Assembly (NCBI RefSeq): GCF_002854065.1
Contig: NZ_CP024147.1
Source of the DNA: Escherichia coli
Lineage (GTDB): Bacteria; Pseudomonadota; Gammaproteobacteria; Enterobacterales; Enterobacteriaceae
Reading direction: 5' to 3' (one strand)
DNA length: 64,000 nt
In this document: in pieces, positions 16,585 to 27,265 of the stretch
How positions within the stretch are numbered: the stretch's first letter is position 1
Layout: the number at the start of each line of letters is the position of its first letter
Program-made: the position numbers and the translations under genes
Notes under the pieces: generated by a model
Told to the model about the DNA's origin: nothing
Databases searched by the model: none
The model's input: only the letters and a program-made list of their open reading frames with translations

Positions 16585-17430
16585 CTACAACTCATTCAGT
16601 ATGTACTGGAACCGGCAAGTAGAATCGATTGGCTGCATACTGCTGGTATCAACACGCACGACCATATCGTGTAACTGCTTGTCCGTTATAGGGTGTCGAC
16701 TTGGCGTGACCGTGACTTCCGCCTTATCACATCCCGACGCAGTAAAAGTTATCATCTGTGCAACCCAGCGGCAGTAACCACCGGCTTCATCCATCTGCGA
16801 ACTGTCGCACAATTTGCCATCTTTCATTAAATACGTTGAAAGCGTTTTCTCAACCACACTGCCCGTTGACTGCAGGGTGAGTAGTTTTGACTTACTGACA
16901 AAATTCTCACTCCATGAAACATCAAAAGGTTGAACAGAAACAGTCGGGCAAAGCGTGCCGTAACCATTCGGCCCCTGATACTTCACCCCCCCCCTCTGCG
17001 GGGTATTCTGGACGGTATCATTGACGACTACTAGCCACGGGCAAAAAAACTCATCTTCAATCTCCACAGCAACGCTCACTTCAAACGTCATCGAACCACA
17101 GTCCCATGAAGAAGGTAAACCTGGACATAATGCTCTATCGAGATTCTGTTTGTAACTCTTCAATTTAACTGTCGGTGCAGGAGGTGGCCCATTCCAGCTG
17201 GTATTTTGTAGATAGTCGCCAGTGCGAAACACACTAGTAGACTGATATTCTCCATTGTAGACTCCCGAAGGCATCATGATTTTCAGGCTATATGAAATGG
17301 TAGCTGATATATCATGACCAATGCCGTAGTAAGTGGTAACACTATGCACGGCAGCGAGACCTTCTGTAGCAGAAATAAGTATTATCAGAGCGTACAACCA
17401 TCGTAGTATTTTCATGTTAAATGTACTCAA
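16585..17430 (-). CDS. yfcO: YfcO, fimbrial-operon protein (DUF2544-type, probable tip adhesin-like)
   Basis: 281-aa ORF. The start may be the internal Met (MKILRWLYALIILIS, signal-like) at 17415. It is the last gene of the yfc operon. Confidence 0.8.
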   Translation of the reverse strand: MSTFNMKILRWLYALIILISATEGLAAVHSVTTYYGIGHDISATISYSLKIMMPSGVYNGEYQSTSVFRTGDYLQNTSWNGPPPAPTVKLKSYKQNLDRALCPGLPSSWDCGSMTFEVSVAVEIEDEFFCPWLVVVNDTVQNTPQRGGVKYQGPNGYGTLCPTVSVQPFDVSWSENFVSKSKLLTLQSTGSVVEKTLSTYLMKDGKLCDSSQMDEAGGYCRWVAQMITFTASGCDKAEVTVTPSRHPITDKQLHDMVVRVDTSSMQPIDSTCRFQYILNEL

Positions 17431-17956
17431 ATGTCGCAGTTAAAGAGGCGGTAAAATCACCGATCGTCACATCGCGACCGCTTTTCGCCTGGATCCAGGC
17501 TTTGAAATTAATCTCATTGTTACCGTTGATAAGCGCAAAGGTCGCCCCGGTGGGGTTGTTAATATCCACCCGTGTTCCGTCGAGCGTTTCCATTCCTATC
17601 CCCACGCCCTGCGCGGTGGAAGTGTCATCGACTGCCAGAAAACCCGGCTGACCGCTGTCTTCGGTGCCGCTCAGCGTGACTTTGACTTTGTATCCCGCCG
17701 GCCCTTTGCAGTCTTTCAGCTTAAACACAACCGGCAGGTGCGCGGACTGTCCGGCTACCATCAAATCCCGGTTGCTGACGGTGGGAAAATGGATTTCTGC
17801 CAGATTGGCACCATCCACCACCAGCGTGCAGGATTTACTCAGCAGGTTGCCGTAAAAATGCAGGTTGTTGTCCACGGCGAAAGTGTCTGTGCTGGCGGTC
17901 AGCAGCAGGCCCGCTAACAGCGCGTAACTGGGCGAATAAGTGCGTTCTGTTTTCAT
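17417..17956 (-). CDS. yfcP: Fimbrial-like subunit YfcP
   Basis: 179-aa ORF with a signal peptide, Cys pair and a C-terminal beta-strand ending F-E-Y-I, typical of type-1-like pilins. Confidence 0.88.
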   Translation of the reverse strand: MKTERTYSPSYALLAGLLLTASTDTFAVDNNLHFYGNLLSKSCTLVVDGANLAEIHFPTVSNRDLMVAGQSAHLPVVFKLKDCKGPAGYKVKVTLSGTEDSGQPGFLAVDDTSTAQGVGIGMETLDGTRVDINNPTGATFALINGNNEINFKAWIQAKSGRDVTIGDFTASLTATFEYI

Positions 17957-18441
17957 TGGTAATCCACCCGTAACGTTGCGTAAGCAGAAAAAGTCGTGTC
18001 CGTCAGCACCGCGTCAGCCGCTTTTACCGGCACCGCCTCCAGCTTCGGCTTCTGGCTAAAATCGGTGGCGTTAATGGAAAGCGGCTCGTTGAGCTTAAAA
18101 CGCTGACCGTCGTGCTGAAGCTCAATTCCGAAACCGGGCACACTCGTCTCAATAGCAGAGTCGTTGTAGGAGGTTGCGGTCCCCGTCCAGGTGAGCGTCA
18201 TATTCCACTCAGGATCGCGGACATCAGAGTCGCAACTCAGTTCGTAGTCCACTTTCTGACGACCGTAATTGCCGTCAATGCTGTCGATAATGAGATCGCG
18301 AAACTGCACTTCGATGGTTTGCCCGCCGCTGATGCTACATGCGGGCGGTGACATCAGCGTACCGTGGAATGTGATGTCCTCGTCGGTGGCCAGAGCCGAG
18401 CCCCAGCATGCGCACAGTAAAATAAGCGTGAGTTTTTTCAT
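17953..18441 (-). CDS. yfcQ: Fimbrial-like subunit YfcQ
   Basis: 162-aa ORF with a signal peptide and pilin C-terminus (ATLRVDYQ); 4-nt overlaps with its neighbours. Confidence 0.88.
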   Translation of the reverse strand: MKKLTLILLCACWGSALATDEDITFHGTLMSPPACSISGGQTIEVQFRDLIIDSIDGNYGRQKVDYELSCDSDVRDPEWNMTLTWTGTATSYNDSAIETSVPGFGIELQHDGQRFKLNEPLSINATDFSQKPKLEAVPVKAADAVLTDTTFSAYATLRVDYQ

Positions 18442-18935
18442 TGGTAATCAACCACCATGGTCAGACTGGCGTTAAATTCCGACGGCGTTAACTGCACCCC
18501 GCTCTGCTTTACCGGTACCGCTTTCAGCTGTGGCTGGGTGTTAAAGTTGAAAGGCGTCCAGGTATTTTCACCGACCGCAAACAGGGAATTATCGGCAGCG
18601 TTTTCAATCCGCACTCCCAGGCCAGCGATATTCGTGCTGAGAACCGTTTCTCCGTTGATAACGGCGGTATTGCCTTTAAGCTGCATTTGTAAGTCATCGC
18701 TGGCCTTATCGCCGCAGCTCAGGGTGTATTTCGCATCCTGTCGGTAATTGGTGCCATTAATCTTATTGATGAACACATTGCCAAATTCCACCGCGCTTCC
18801 CTTCACGGAACACGGCGGCGGTGCATCCACTAACACGCGCAGAGTTAACTCCACGGTTTTACTGCCAGCCATAACAGGGAAACTACAGAGACTGAATACC
18901 AGAAACCCCGCGCCCGCTAAAAACTTGTGACTCAT
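18438..18935 (-). CDS. yfcR: Fimbrial-like subunit YfcR
   Basis: 165-aa ORF with a signal peptide and pilin C-terminus (ASLTMVVDYQ). Confidence 0.88.
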   Translation of the reverse strand: MSHKFLAGAGFLVFSLCSFPVMAGSKTVELTLRVLVDAPPPCSVKGSAVEFGNVFINKINGTNYRQDAKYTLSCGDKASDDLQMQLKGNTAVINGETVLSTNIAGLGVRIENAADNSLFAVGENTWTPFNFNTQPQLKAVPVKQSGVQLTPSEFNASLTMVVDYQ

Positions 18936-18950
18936 AAGTTTCTCCCGGCA

Positions 18951-19703
18951 TCAGCCTTTGCGGCTCTGCTCTACATCCACCTGGCAGGTATCGCCGCCAC
19001 ATTTAAAATACAGCGGCATCCGTGCGCCATAGTCGTTAACGTAGGTCAGCACCGGGACGCTATCCATTTTGACTTTTAACGGCACAGAGGTTTTTGGCGA
19101 TATCACCATGGGGGAAAATCCCGCTGCCGGATTGCCATTTTTTTGTGCACTAGCGTTACTGATAACCACGAAGTACGGCGTCGGGTTATTGACAGTAAAC
19201 TCCTGGCCGCTGCGGGTTAAGGTCACCTTATGCTGCCATGGATTTTTCATGCTGACGTTTTCCAGCGCCTTTGGTCGCCAGAACAGCTTGATGCGCGTTT
19301 GCAGCGCAATCTGTAACGTGTTGGGTTTGTTCGATTTCGGCGGGATCTCACGCACGTTGAAATAGAACACGCTCTCGCGGTCGGCAGGCAGCTTGTTGAT
19401 ATCCGGCATGCCCTGTACCTTCACCTGACCGTTCATCATGGAATCGATGCGCTGCACCGGCGGCAGTACCGTCAGCGGCGAGCTAATCTTGTTACCCTGC
19501 TCGTCTTCCATCCAGCTTTGTGCCAGATACGGCATTTTCGGGTCGTTATTGCGCAGCGTGACGCTGATTGATTTATCACTTTCGTTAAAAGTCAGGCGTG
19601 TACGGTCCGGGGTGACAGAGGCCTGTGCTGACAGGCTGGCGGCAGTTATCAGTAACGCCAGCGTCGTTGCGGCCGTTCTGGCAGAACAAAATAGATTCGT
19701 CAT
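18951..19703 (-). CDS. yfcS: Periplasmic fimbrial chaperone (PapD-like)
   Basis: 250-aa ORF with PapD-family features (signal peptide, RLTFNESDKSISVTLRNN, FYFNVREIPP). Confidence 0.92.
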   Translation of the reverse strand: MTNLFCSARTAATTLALLITAASLSAQASVTPDRTRLTFNESDKSISVTLRNNDPKMPYLAQSWMEDEQGNKISSPLTVLPPVQRIDSMMNGQVKVQGMPDINKLPADRESVFYFNVREIPPKSNKPNTLQIALQTRIKLFWRPKALENVSMKNPWQHKVTLTRSGQEFTVNNPTPYFVVISNASAQKNGNPAAGFSPMVISPKTSVPLKVKMDSVPVLTYVNDYGARMPLYFKCGGDTCQVDVEQSRKG

Positions 19704-19725
19704 GGATCATTCCTTAATCACGTTA

Positions 19726-22377
19726 TTAATTGGCGGATACCGATACCGGCGCTTCCGTTGGCATCACCTGCTGGGTCTGCTCCTGGATCACCGGCTTAAT
19801 TTCATTGGGCACCGGGGAAGGTATCGCCCCTGTTTGCTGGCATGGTAGTAACAGGCCATTGAACAGATCGGCTGGCAGCGGGTCAGGCAGATGAATATCG
19901 CAGTGGGCCACACCGCCCCATGAAACGATCATATGCTCGCCAGGTTTGACGCCCGCGAGGTAGACGTTGCCGTCATCGTCAACCAGACCGACGTTCTGCG
20001 CGCTGTCGTTTTTCACTTCCGCGCCAAACGGCGGATAGCTGCCATCCTGCAGACGCAGTACCGCCATCGCTTTTTGCCCGCTGATCACCGAGAACTTACG
20101 GTAGCCAATGGCCCCTTCGGTAAGCGTCGCCTGCACCACGGACTGGGTGGCTTCGGCGTTTTCCGGCAGGTTGTTAAGGTCGATATACGCCTGGTTGCGG
20201 TAGTAGTTGTTGACGTCTGCCACCACGGCCTTACCGAACATATTGGTGTAAACCGCCGCACCGTTTCCTTCCACCGGAACACCGGCCACACCGTCGGCAT
20301 CAATCAGCAGACGCGTGCCGCCCATATTCTGGGTGCGGTGGAGCGCGCCACCCTGCGCGGTGAGCGTCGCCCCGCCCTGGAGTGAAATCCCCGCTGAGGT
20401 GTACTGCCCTTCATGGTAGTTGGCGCTGAGATCCACCTGCGCAAGCGATCCATCGTGGCTGTAATAGCCGTCAACGCTGGAGTGTTTGTCGCTGGTGCCC
20501 ACGTTCAGCTGGTAGTGAGTTGCGTCATCGACACGGCTGAAATACCCCACCTGACTGCTGTCCGAACCGCTGCCATAGTTGCCGTTATAGCTGATGGTGC
20601 TGCTGTCACCCCACGGCATGCTGAGCGATATGTACACACCTTTATCGGCCTGGTTATCATACTCGTAGCGGTATCCGGTCATGGAAATGCTCATGTTGCG
20701 GATACTGCCCAGGTTGAAGTAGTGAGAGAGCATGACGTTGTAGTTGGTCTGCTCGTCGCGATCCCAGTAAGTATGGCGGGTGTAGTTGAGATAAACAGAT
20801 ACACCGGCATCCCTGAAGTTCTGGTTGTAGGTGGCGGTGTACATCTCTTTGTCGTTGCCGGTGCGCACCATTTCGCTGTCGCTGGCATCGAGATACTCGC
20901 TCATGGTCATGAAGTTCTCTTCCGAGAAGCGGTATCCGGCAAAAGTGACGCGGCTGTTCAGTTCATCGAAGTCTTTGGAATAGCTCACGCGAAACGAGTT
21001 ACCGTCCAGTGAACCTTTACCGTAGGCGGTCTCTTTATCCAGACGGGTATGCGAGTGGGTGATATCAAAGGCGACCGCACCAAACACAGACAGATCGCGA
21101 CCGACGCCAAGCGCCGCCGACTGATAGTGTTCATCTGCCAGCGCCCCGCCGTAGAGCGACCAGCCGTTGGCAATCCCCCATGAAGCTTCGCCGCCGGAGA
21201 AGAAACCACCTTCAACATGATGCCCCCACTCCTGCGGGCGGCCCATCATCAGCTTATAGCGCACCTGGCCGGGGCGGGTCAGGAACGGCATCGAGGCGGT
21301 GTTGATGTCATATTCCTGCACCTGGCCGTTCTGTTCTTCAATGCGGATGTGCAGTGTACCGGAGACAGAATCGCCAAGATCCTGGATGCGGAACGGCCCC
21401 GCCGGAACCTGCGTTTCGTAAATCACGCGGCCCATCTGGCTGACGGTCACTTTCGCGGTGGTGTGCGCCACGCCGGAGATATCCGGCGCATAGCCGCGCA
21501 GATTCGGCGGCAACATTTGATCGTCGGTGCTGATACTGCCACCCACGTAGTTAAAGCCGTCGAAAATATCAGAATTAAGGTAGTCTTCGCCAAGGCCAAG
21601 TTTGGCTTTTAGCGACGGTAAGGCTCGCCAGGCGTAGTAGCGGCTCCACTCCCAGTTTTTTTGCGTGTCATCACCGTTGATAACATCGTCATCATTGCTT
21701 TTACTATGCAAATAATCAGTCTGCCAGTCGGCTCGCAGACGCCATGCGCCGAGGTTCACCCCAACCGTCCCGTTGCCGCTAATTTCATTGCTGTCATCCC
21801 CGCCATTTTCTTCATGTCGTGTCTGAGCGGTAATACTGTAGTCAGCAATTAAACCAGATATACCGTCATCCCAGCGTGAAGGCGGATCCCAGTTGATGTC
21901 GGTATATTCAAGGTAAGCCTGGGGTAATGAAATGACTAACGCTGACTGACTCAGGTCAGCTTTAATATCAATGCCTTCCAGTTGACCGGGTTTCAGGCAT
22001 TTGCCGTCGTGGATCCATTGCAGGTTTTTTGCCACATCCTCTTTTAAGCCAAACTGCGCGACCAGTTCAGGCGGCAGGCAGGCATAGGTTTTACTGGCAT
22101 CGTTCTCAGAGGCGTACCAGTAAATATCGTATTCTTCCGTCAGCGGCTGTTTATTTAGTTGAACCTGTAAATTGTATTTCCCAGGCTCGACATAACCCTG
22201 GCTGGAAAATCGCTTCAGATCGATTTTTGTGTCGCCTTTTAACTCCAGAAAACGGGAATCAAACTGAATTTCATCTTCAGCCCAGGCATTGACATAACTC
22301 CCGGACATTGCCAATGCAACGCAGCAGGGAAGTACCCGCAGTCGGAAAAGAGAATGGTCAGGCATACACGTATCCAT
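19726..22377 (-). CDS. yfcU: Outer-membrane fimbrial usher, intact
   Basis: Uninterrupted 883-aa ORF with usher-family sequence throughout (FDSRFLELKG..., PapC-like C-terminus). Confidence 0.92.
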   Translation of the reverse strand: MDTCMPDHSLFRLRVLPCCVALAMSGSYVNAWAEDEIQFDSRFLELKGDTKIDLKRFSSQGYVEPGKYNLQVQLNKQPLTEEYDIYWYASENDASKTYACLPPELVAQFGLKEDVAKNLQWIHDGKCLKPGQLEGIDIKADLSQSALVISLPQAYLEYTDINWDPPSRWDDGISGLIADYSITAQTRHEENGGDDSNEISGNGTVGVNLGAWRLRADWQTDYLHSKSNDDDVINGDDTQKNWEWSRYYAWRALPSLKAKLGLGEDYLNSDIFDGFNYVGGSISTDDQMLPPNLRGYAPDISGVAHTTAKVTVSQMGRVIYETQVPAGPFRIQDLGDSVSGTLHIRIEEQNGQVQEYDINTASMPFLTRPGQVRYKLMMGRPQEWGHHVEGGFFSGGEASWGIANGWSLYGGALADEHYQSAALGVGRDLSVFGAVAFDITHSHTRLDKETAYGKGSLDGNSFRVSYSKDFDELNSRVTFAGYRFSEENFMTMSEYLDASDSEMVRTGNDKEMYTATYNQNFRDAGVSVYLNYTRHTYWDRDEQTNYNVMLSHYFNLGSIRNMSISMTGYRYEYDNQADKGVYISLSMPWGDSSTISYNGNYGSGSDSSQVGYFSRVDDATHYQLNVGTSDKHSSVDGYYSHDGSLAQVDLSANYHEGQYTSAGISLQGGATLTAQGGALHRTQNMGGTRLLIDADGVAGVPVEGNGAAVYTNMFGKAVVADVNNYYRNQAYIDLNNLPENAEATQSVVQATLTEGAIGYRKFSVISGQKAMAVLRLQDGSYPPFGAEVKNDSAQNVGLVDDDGNVYLAGVKPGEHMIVSWGGVAHCDIHLPDPLPADLFNGLLLPCQQTGAIPSPVPNEIKPVIQEQTQQVMPTEAPVSVSAN

Positions 22378-22446
22378 CCGTAATTATTATAATTTGCGCG
22401 AATTCCATTTAAAAACCCCATAGCCCGAAAGCTATGGGGGTATCAC

Positions 22447-23010
22447 TTAGAGATAAGTAATCTGGAAGGTCGTGTTGGCTTCAAAATTACCTAAATCTGG
22501 CGCATCAGCAGCGCCCACCAGCCAGGCTTTAAAGTCCAGCGTCTGCTTCGCTTTGCCTTTGTTGGTCGCCGTATCGTTTACGATTTTCTGTTCGATACCC
22601 GCGCCGCTTTTATAAGAGGTTCCCTGAGCGTCACCAATGGCCAGGCTGACATTGTTAAATGCCGCACCAGTATCGGTATTGTAAATGGTGTAGTAATTGC
22701 CGCTGTTGGTAGAAGACGCGTTACCGGTGAAGGTAGTGGTCATCGTTGTCTGGGTGTCAAACACACAGTCTTGCAGATGGATCTGGAAAGCTTTCGGTGT
22801 AGAAGTCCCGTTGTTTTTCAGGATCCCTGAACCAATGTCACCCATATCAACTTCCAGTTTGTGATCATCAGGAACGATGGAGCACGGGGAATCTTCAATG
22901 GTGCCGTAGAAACGTGCTGTACCATTGTTGCCAGCGGCGATTGTTGAAGTAGAAGCGAACGCACCCATTACCATTGTTGCAGCAATAGCTGTTTTTACAA
23001 ACTTACTCAT
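22447..23010 (-). CDS. yfcV: Major fimbrial subunit of the Yfc fimbriae
   Basis: 187-aa ORF with a signal peptide, Cys pair and pilin C-terminus (ANTTFQITYL); first gene of the operon. Confidence 0.9.
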   Translation of the reverse strand: MSKFVKTAIAATMVMGAFASTSTIAAGNNGTARFYGTIEDSPCSIVPDDHKLEVDMGDIGSGILKNNGTSTPKAFQIHLQDCVFDTQTTMTTTFTGNASSTNSGNYYTIYNTDTGAAFNNVSLAIGDAQGTSYKSGAGIEQKIVNDTATNKGKAKQTLDFKAWLVGAADAPDLGNFEANTTFQITYL

Positions 23011-23198
23011 TATTTGTCCTTAAACCATAAATAATTAAAAATATAAACATTGCAATACATTGATTCAGTCAATAGCAATTATTTATACCCAGCCATTGAA
23101 TAAGCTATCCGATCTAACTAACAAGAAAATAGGTCGCATAAGAAGATATTCTTTGGTGTGGGCGGATGGTGATATTTTGTCTTGGTAATGACTCCAAC

Positions 23199-23702
23199 TT
23201 ATTGATAGTGTTTTATGTTCAGATAATGCCCGATGACTTTGTCATGCAGCTCCACCGATTTTGAGAACGACAGCGACTTCCGTCCCAGCCGTGCCAGGTG
23301 CTGCCTCAGATTCAGGTTATGCCGCTCAATTCGCTGCGTATATCGCTTGCTGATTACGTGCAGCTTTCCCTTCAGGCGGGATTCATACAGCGGCCAGCCA
23401 TCCGTCATCCATATCACCACGTCAAAGGGTGACAGCAGGCTCATAAGACGCCCCAGCGTCGCCATAGTGCGTTCACCGAATACGTGCGCAACAACCGTCT
23501 TCCGGAGCCTGTCATACGCGTAAAACAGCCAGCGCTGGCGCGATTTAGCCCCGACGTATCCCCACTGTTCGTCCATTTCCGCGCAGACGATGACGTCACT
23601 GCCCGGCTGTATGCGCGAGGTTACCGACTGCGGCCTGAGTTTTTTAAATGGCGGAAAATCGTGTTGAGGCCAACGCCCATAATGCGGGCGGTTGCCCGGC
23701 AT
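23199..23702 (-). CDS. insB: IS1 InsB' frame (expressed as InsAB' by -1 frameshifting)
   Basis: 167-aa ORF ...[25 protein letters not shown]...; overlaps the 3' end of insA in the -1 frame. Confidence 0.93.
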   Translation of the reverse strand: MPGNRPHYGRWPQHDFPPFKKLRPQSVTSRIQPGSDVIVCAEMDEQWGYVGAKSRQRWLFYAYDRLRKTVVAHVFGERTMATLGRLMSLLSPFDVVIWMTDGWPLYESRLKGKLHVISKRYTQRIERHNLNLRQHLARLGRKSLSFSKSVELHDKVIGHYLNIKHYQ

Positions 23703-23896
23703 CCAACGCCATTCATGGCCATATCAATGATTTTCTGGTGCGTACCGGGTTGAGAAGCGGTGTAAGTGAACTGCAGTTGCCATGTTTTACGGCAGTGAGA
23801 GCAGAGATAGCGCTGATGTCCGGCAGTGCTTTTGCCGTTACGCACCACCCCGTCAGTAGCTGAACAGGAGGGACAGCTGATAGAAACAGAAGCCAC
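23621..23896 (-). CDS. insA: IS1 InsA
   Basis: 91-aa [43 protein letters not shown]... Confidence 0.95.
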   Translation of the reverse strand: MASVSISCPSCSATDGVVRNGKSTAGHQRYLCSHCRKTWQLQFTYTASQPGTHQKIIDMAMNGVGCRATARIMGVGLNTIFRHLKNSGRSR

Positions 23897-24432
23897 TGGA
23901 GCACCTCAAAAACACCATCATACACTAAATCAGTAAGTTGGCAGCATCACCTTTTGTCTTTATTGTTTCAAATTATATTTACTTAACAGTGAATTAAGGA
24001 CCGCTTAATGTATAGCCAGAATAGAAATATTTTGAGGATTTTCTTATAAAAAAGAAATGAAATGCTTAAAAAAATATCTTACACATAATTTCAATTTATG
24101 AATAACCTGCGCAAAAAAGACAATCTTAGATTAAGTTTGAGATTGTACTTTTTTGAAGTTATACTATTAACACATCACAAATAATATTAAATTAAGACAC
24201 GAAAATATCATTTCTTTTTTATTATTAACTGTTCTATTAGTTTTATAATTTGTAAGAATATATTACAACTTAGTCTCATTTCGTCAGAAATTAATAGGGA
24301 AGCAGAGGAAAAAGTGCGATGAATTCTGTATCGAAGCGTATCAACTCCGTGAAAGGTTTTGAGTGAATATCTTCTATTGCAAAAAGACAAATGCCCGATG
24401 TAAGCTGTACATTGGGCATTTTTTCAAACGAA

Positions 24433-24918
24433 TCAGATAGCTTTCGCCATCTTCAAATTACATGGGCTCATCTGCCAGTTGAACTCGCCTTTTCCGCTTT
24501 CATCAAGCGTTACGCTGGCAATGGCCGAGGTGGTAAACATAGGCGGCGTTTCGCCCGGACATAACTCGGCGACCAGATACCCAACTAACGGTAAGTGGGA
24601 GATAACCAACACCGAAGCAACACCTTCATTGGTCAACGCCTGCAAATAGGCACTGACCAGACCAACATCGCCGCAGGGCGTTAACTCCGGCAGAACTTCT
24701 GCACTGGAAGGCAGGTTCAGACAGTCCCCTACTTCCTCCAATGTTTGCTCGGCTCGCAGGAACGGGCTCACCAGAACGCGTTCGATTTCCACTTTTTGAC
24801 CTTTCAGCCAGTTCGCCATCAGGCGAGATTCGTCACAACCGTTAGTGGTCAGAGGACGAACCGAATCACTGGCGGCATCGAGGGCTGCGTCGCCGTGACG
24901 CATGATAAAAACTTGCAT
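24433..24918 (-). CDS. sixA: Phosphohistidine phosphatase SixA
   Basis: 161-aa ORF MQVFIMRHGDAALDAASDSVRPLT (RHG histidine-phosphatase motif). Confidence 0.95.
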   Translation of the reverse strand: MQVFIMRHGDAALDAASDSVRPLTTNGCDESRLMANWLKGQKVEIERVLVSPFLRAEQTLEEVGDCLNLPSSAEVLPELTPCGDVGLVSAYLQALTNEGVASVLVISHLPLVGYLVAELCPGETPPMFTTSAIASVTLDESGKGEFNWQMSPCNLKMAKAI

Positions 24919-25120
24919 ATTGCACCGCTTTTGTTAACCAGATTCGCCCGTTTTCTTTCATCTGAAACCAGAGAAAGAAAACGGTGGCCGGCATTGTGCC
25001 TTATCCATTCACCGAATGAAACGCTGTTTTTTACCTCAATGGCGTAAGTATAGTCAATATGCGTTTACATTTTAACCAACAATCCGCCATTCAGCGCGGA
25101 TTCATATAGCTTTGACCCTT

Positions 25121-27265
25121 TTAATGAGGGTCAGTTGCACTTGTTTTCCAAAAACTTTCCCCACGCGCCCCCATCTCGACTAAACGCTCGCAAGGGGTAA
25201 AACGTGAACCATACTGCGTGGCCAGTCGTTGCATTATTGCAACCACTTCGCCCGCGCCGAGAGAATCGATATAGCGAAACGGTCCACCGAGAAATGGCGG
25301 AAAACCAATGCCAAATACCGCACCAATATCCCCGTCACGCACGCTACGGATAACCTGCTCATCAACACAACGTACTGCTTCATTCAGCATCAACATCACA
25401 CACCGTTCAGCAACCTGCGGTGCGGAGAGTCGCCCCTGCCCTTGTGCGCCAATGAGCGGGTAAATGGCAGGATCGACCTGTTTTTTGCTTTTACGCCCTT
25501 TCTGACCATAAAGATAGAAACCTCGACCATTTTTTCTGCCTTTGCGATCGTCGTTCAAAATTGAAGAAACAACATTTGCAGGCGCGCTAAAACGTTCTCC
25601 ATAAGCGGCTTCCAGTACAGGAATAATTTTAGTCCCGGTGTCGATTCCTACCTCATCCAAAAGTTGGATTGGACCTACCGGAAAACCAAATTTCACTAGC
25701 GCGGCATCAATGTGCTCTACCCGTTCACCTTCGGTCAGCATGCGGATAGCTTCATTAATGTAAGGCGCTAAGATGCGATTGACGTAAAACCCGGCTTTGT
25801 CACGCACGACGATTGGCGTTTTGCCCTGTTTTTTCGCCAGTTTTACCGTAGTGGCGATGGTTTGCGCCGATGTACCCGCATGAGGAATAATCTCCACCAG
25901 CGGCATTTTTTCCACCGGGCTGAAGTAATGCAGGCCAATAACCTGCTCAGGTCGCGCGGCGTGAGCGGCGATATCACCAATCGGTAAAGATGAAGTATTC
26001 GAAGCAAAGATGGTATGAGCGGCGCAGTTTTGCTCAACTTCCGCCACCATCTGTTGTTTCAATTCGAGATTTTCAAACACCGCTTCAATAATCAGATCGC
26101 GATGGGTAAAGCCGCGATAGTCCGTCGTTCCGGAGATTAATGCCAGCTGTTTGTCACGTTCGCTGGCTTTGAGATGACGACGGCGAACTTTGCCCTCCAG
26201 CTGATCCCAACTGTACTTCAGCGCATGATTTATGCCCTGCGGGTTGATATCTTTAATTCTGACCGGAATCCCCGCTTTACAAGCAGTGACATAAGCAATA
26301 CCGCCGCCCATCAAGCCACCACCTAAAATCCCCACGCTGTTTAATGGCGCAGGCGGCGCATCACTGCCGGGATCTTTCTTCACTTCCGTACTGGCAAAAA
26401 AGAGACTACGCAAAGCTTGCGATTGTGGCGTCATCGCCAGTTCGCCAAACGCCCGTGCTTCAGCGTCATAGCCACTGCTGGTGCCCTGCGCTAATCCCGT
26501 TTCAACAACCTCCAGGATGCGTTCTGTCGCCGGATAATTGCCTTGAGTTTTGTGTTCTGTTTTCTTGCCGACCATTTTGAACAGCAGCGCACGACCTAAC
26601 GGCCCCGCCAGAATACGCTCGCGTACAGGTAGAGGGCGGGAAGATGGACGATCCTGCTTTGCCAGCTCAACAGCGGCTTCCAGCAGAATGGAGTGCGGAA
26701 CAACGTCATCCACCAGCCCCAGCTTTAATGCCTGTTTCGCCCGAAGTTGTTTTCCGGTGAGGATCATCTCTAATGCTGTGCTGACGCCTATCAGACGCGG
26801 TAAACGCTGGGTGCCGCCTGAACCGGGTAACAATCCAAGTTGTACTTCAGGCAAACCGAGCACCGTTTTAGGATCGTCAGTACAAATGCGACCGTGGCAC
26901 GCCAGCGCCAACTCCAGCCCACCACCCAGGCAAGCGCCATGAATAGCCGCGATAACCGGAATGGGCAAAGCATGAATCTCCGCCATCAACTGTTGGCCCT
27001 GCCGCGCCAGAGCTTCCGCTTCTTGCGCCGTTTTGCAGTTGCCGATCATGTTGATGTCTGCGCCAGCAATGAAGTTGTCCGGTTTAGCGGAGACAAACAC
27101 CACGCCTCGCAACTCTTTGTTTTCACGGAGTTGCTTAATAATGGCGCGCACCTGCGAGGCAAACTCCGCCTTCAGGGTATTCATTTTCTCACCCGGTACG
27201 TCGATGGTGATAACGGCAATGTTGTCCAGACGAACATTAAGGGTAAACGCTGATGTCATTTCCAT
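25121..27265 (-). CDS. fadJ: Anaerobic fatty-acid oxidation complex alpha subunit (enoyl-CoA hydratase / 3-hydroxyacyl-CoA dehydrogenase)
   Basis: 714-aa ORF with an N-terminal crotonase fold and a central NAD motif ([13 protein letters not shown]). Confidence 0.96.
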   Translation of the reverse strand: MEMTSAFTLNVRLDNIAVITIDVPGEKMNTLKAEFASQVRAIIKQLRENKELRGVVFVSAKPDNFIAGADINMIGNCKTAQEAEALARQGQQLMAEIHALPIPVIAAIHGACLGGGLELALACHGRICTDDPKTVLGLPEVQLGLLPGSGGTQRLPRLIGVSTALEMILTGKQLRAKQALKLGLVDDVVPHSILLEAAVELAKQDRPSSRPLPVRERILAGPLGRALLFKMVGKKTEHKTQGNYPATERILEVVETGLAQGTSSGYDAEARAFGELAMTPQSQALRSLFFASTEVKKDPGSDAPPAPLNSVGILGGGLMGGGIAYVTACKAGIPVRIKDINPQGINHALKYSWDQLEGKVRRRHLKASERDKQLALISGTTDYRGFTHRDLIIEAVFENLELKQQMVAEVEQNCAAHTIFASNTSSLPIGDIAAHAARPEQVIGLHYFSPVEKMPLVEIIPHAGTSAQTIATTVKLAKKQGKTPIVVRDKAGFYVNRILAPYINEAIRMLTEGERVEHIDAALVKFGFPVGPIQLLDEVGIDTGTKIIPVLEAAYGERFSAPANVVSSILNDDRKGRKNGRGFYLYGQKGRKSKKQVDPAIYPLIGAQGQGRLSAPQVAERCVMLMLNEAVRCVDEQVIRSVRDGDIGAVFGIGFPPFLGGPFRYIDSLGAGEVVAIMQRLATQYGSRFTPCERLVEMGARGESFWKTSATDPH

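Larger units (their letters stand above)
23184..23951 (-). mobile_element. IS1 (768 bp), complete, with 9-bp target-site duplication ttttgtctt
   Basis: Ends ggtaatgactccaac... and ...gcagcatcacc match the IS1 inverted repeats. Identical 9-mers sit at 23175-23183 and 23952-23960. Contains insA and insB' frames. Confidence 0.97.

Noticed and set aside
24208-24390. 60-aa ORF in the AT-rich yfcV-sixA intergenic region
   Set aside because: It is at the minimal length cutoff in very AT-rich DNA, with no RBS or recognisable features; most likely chance.
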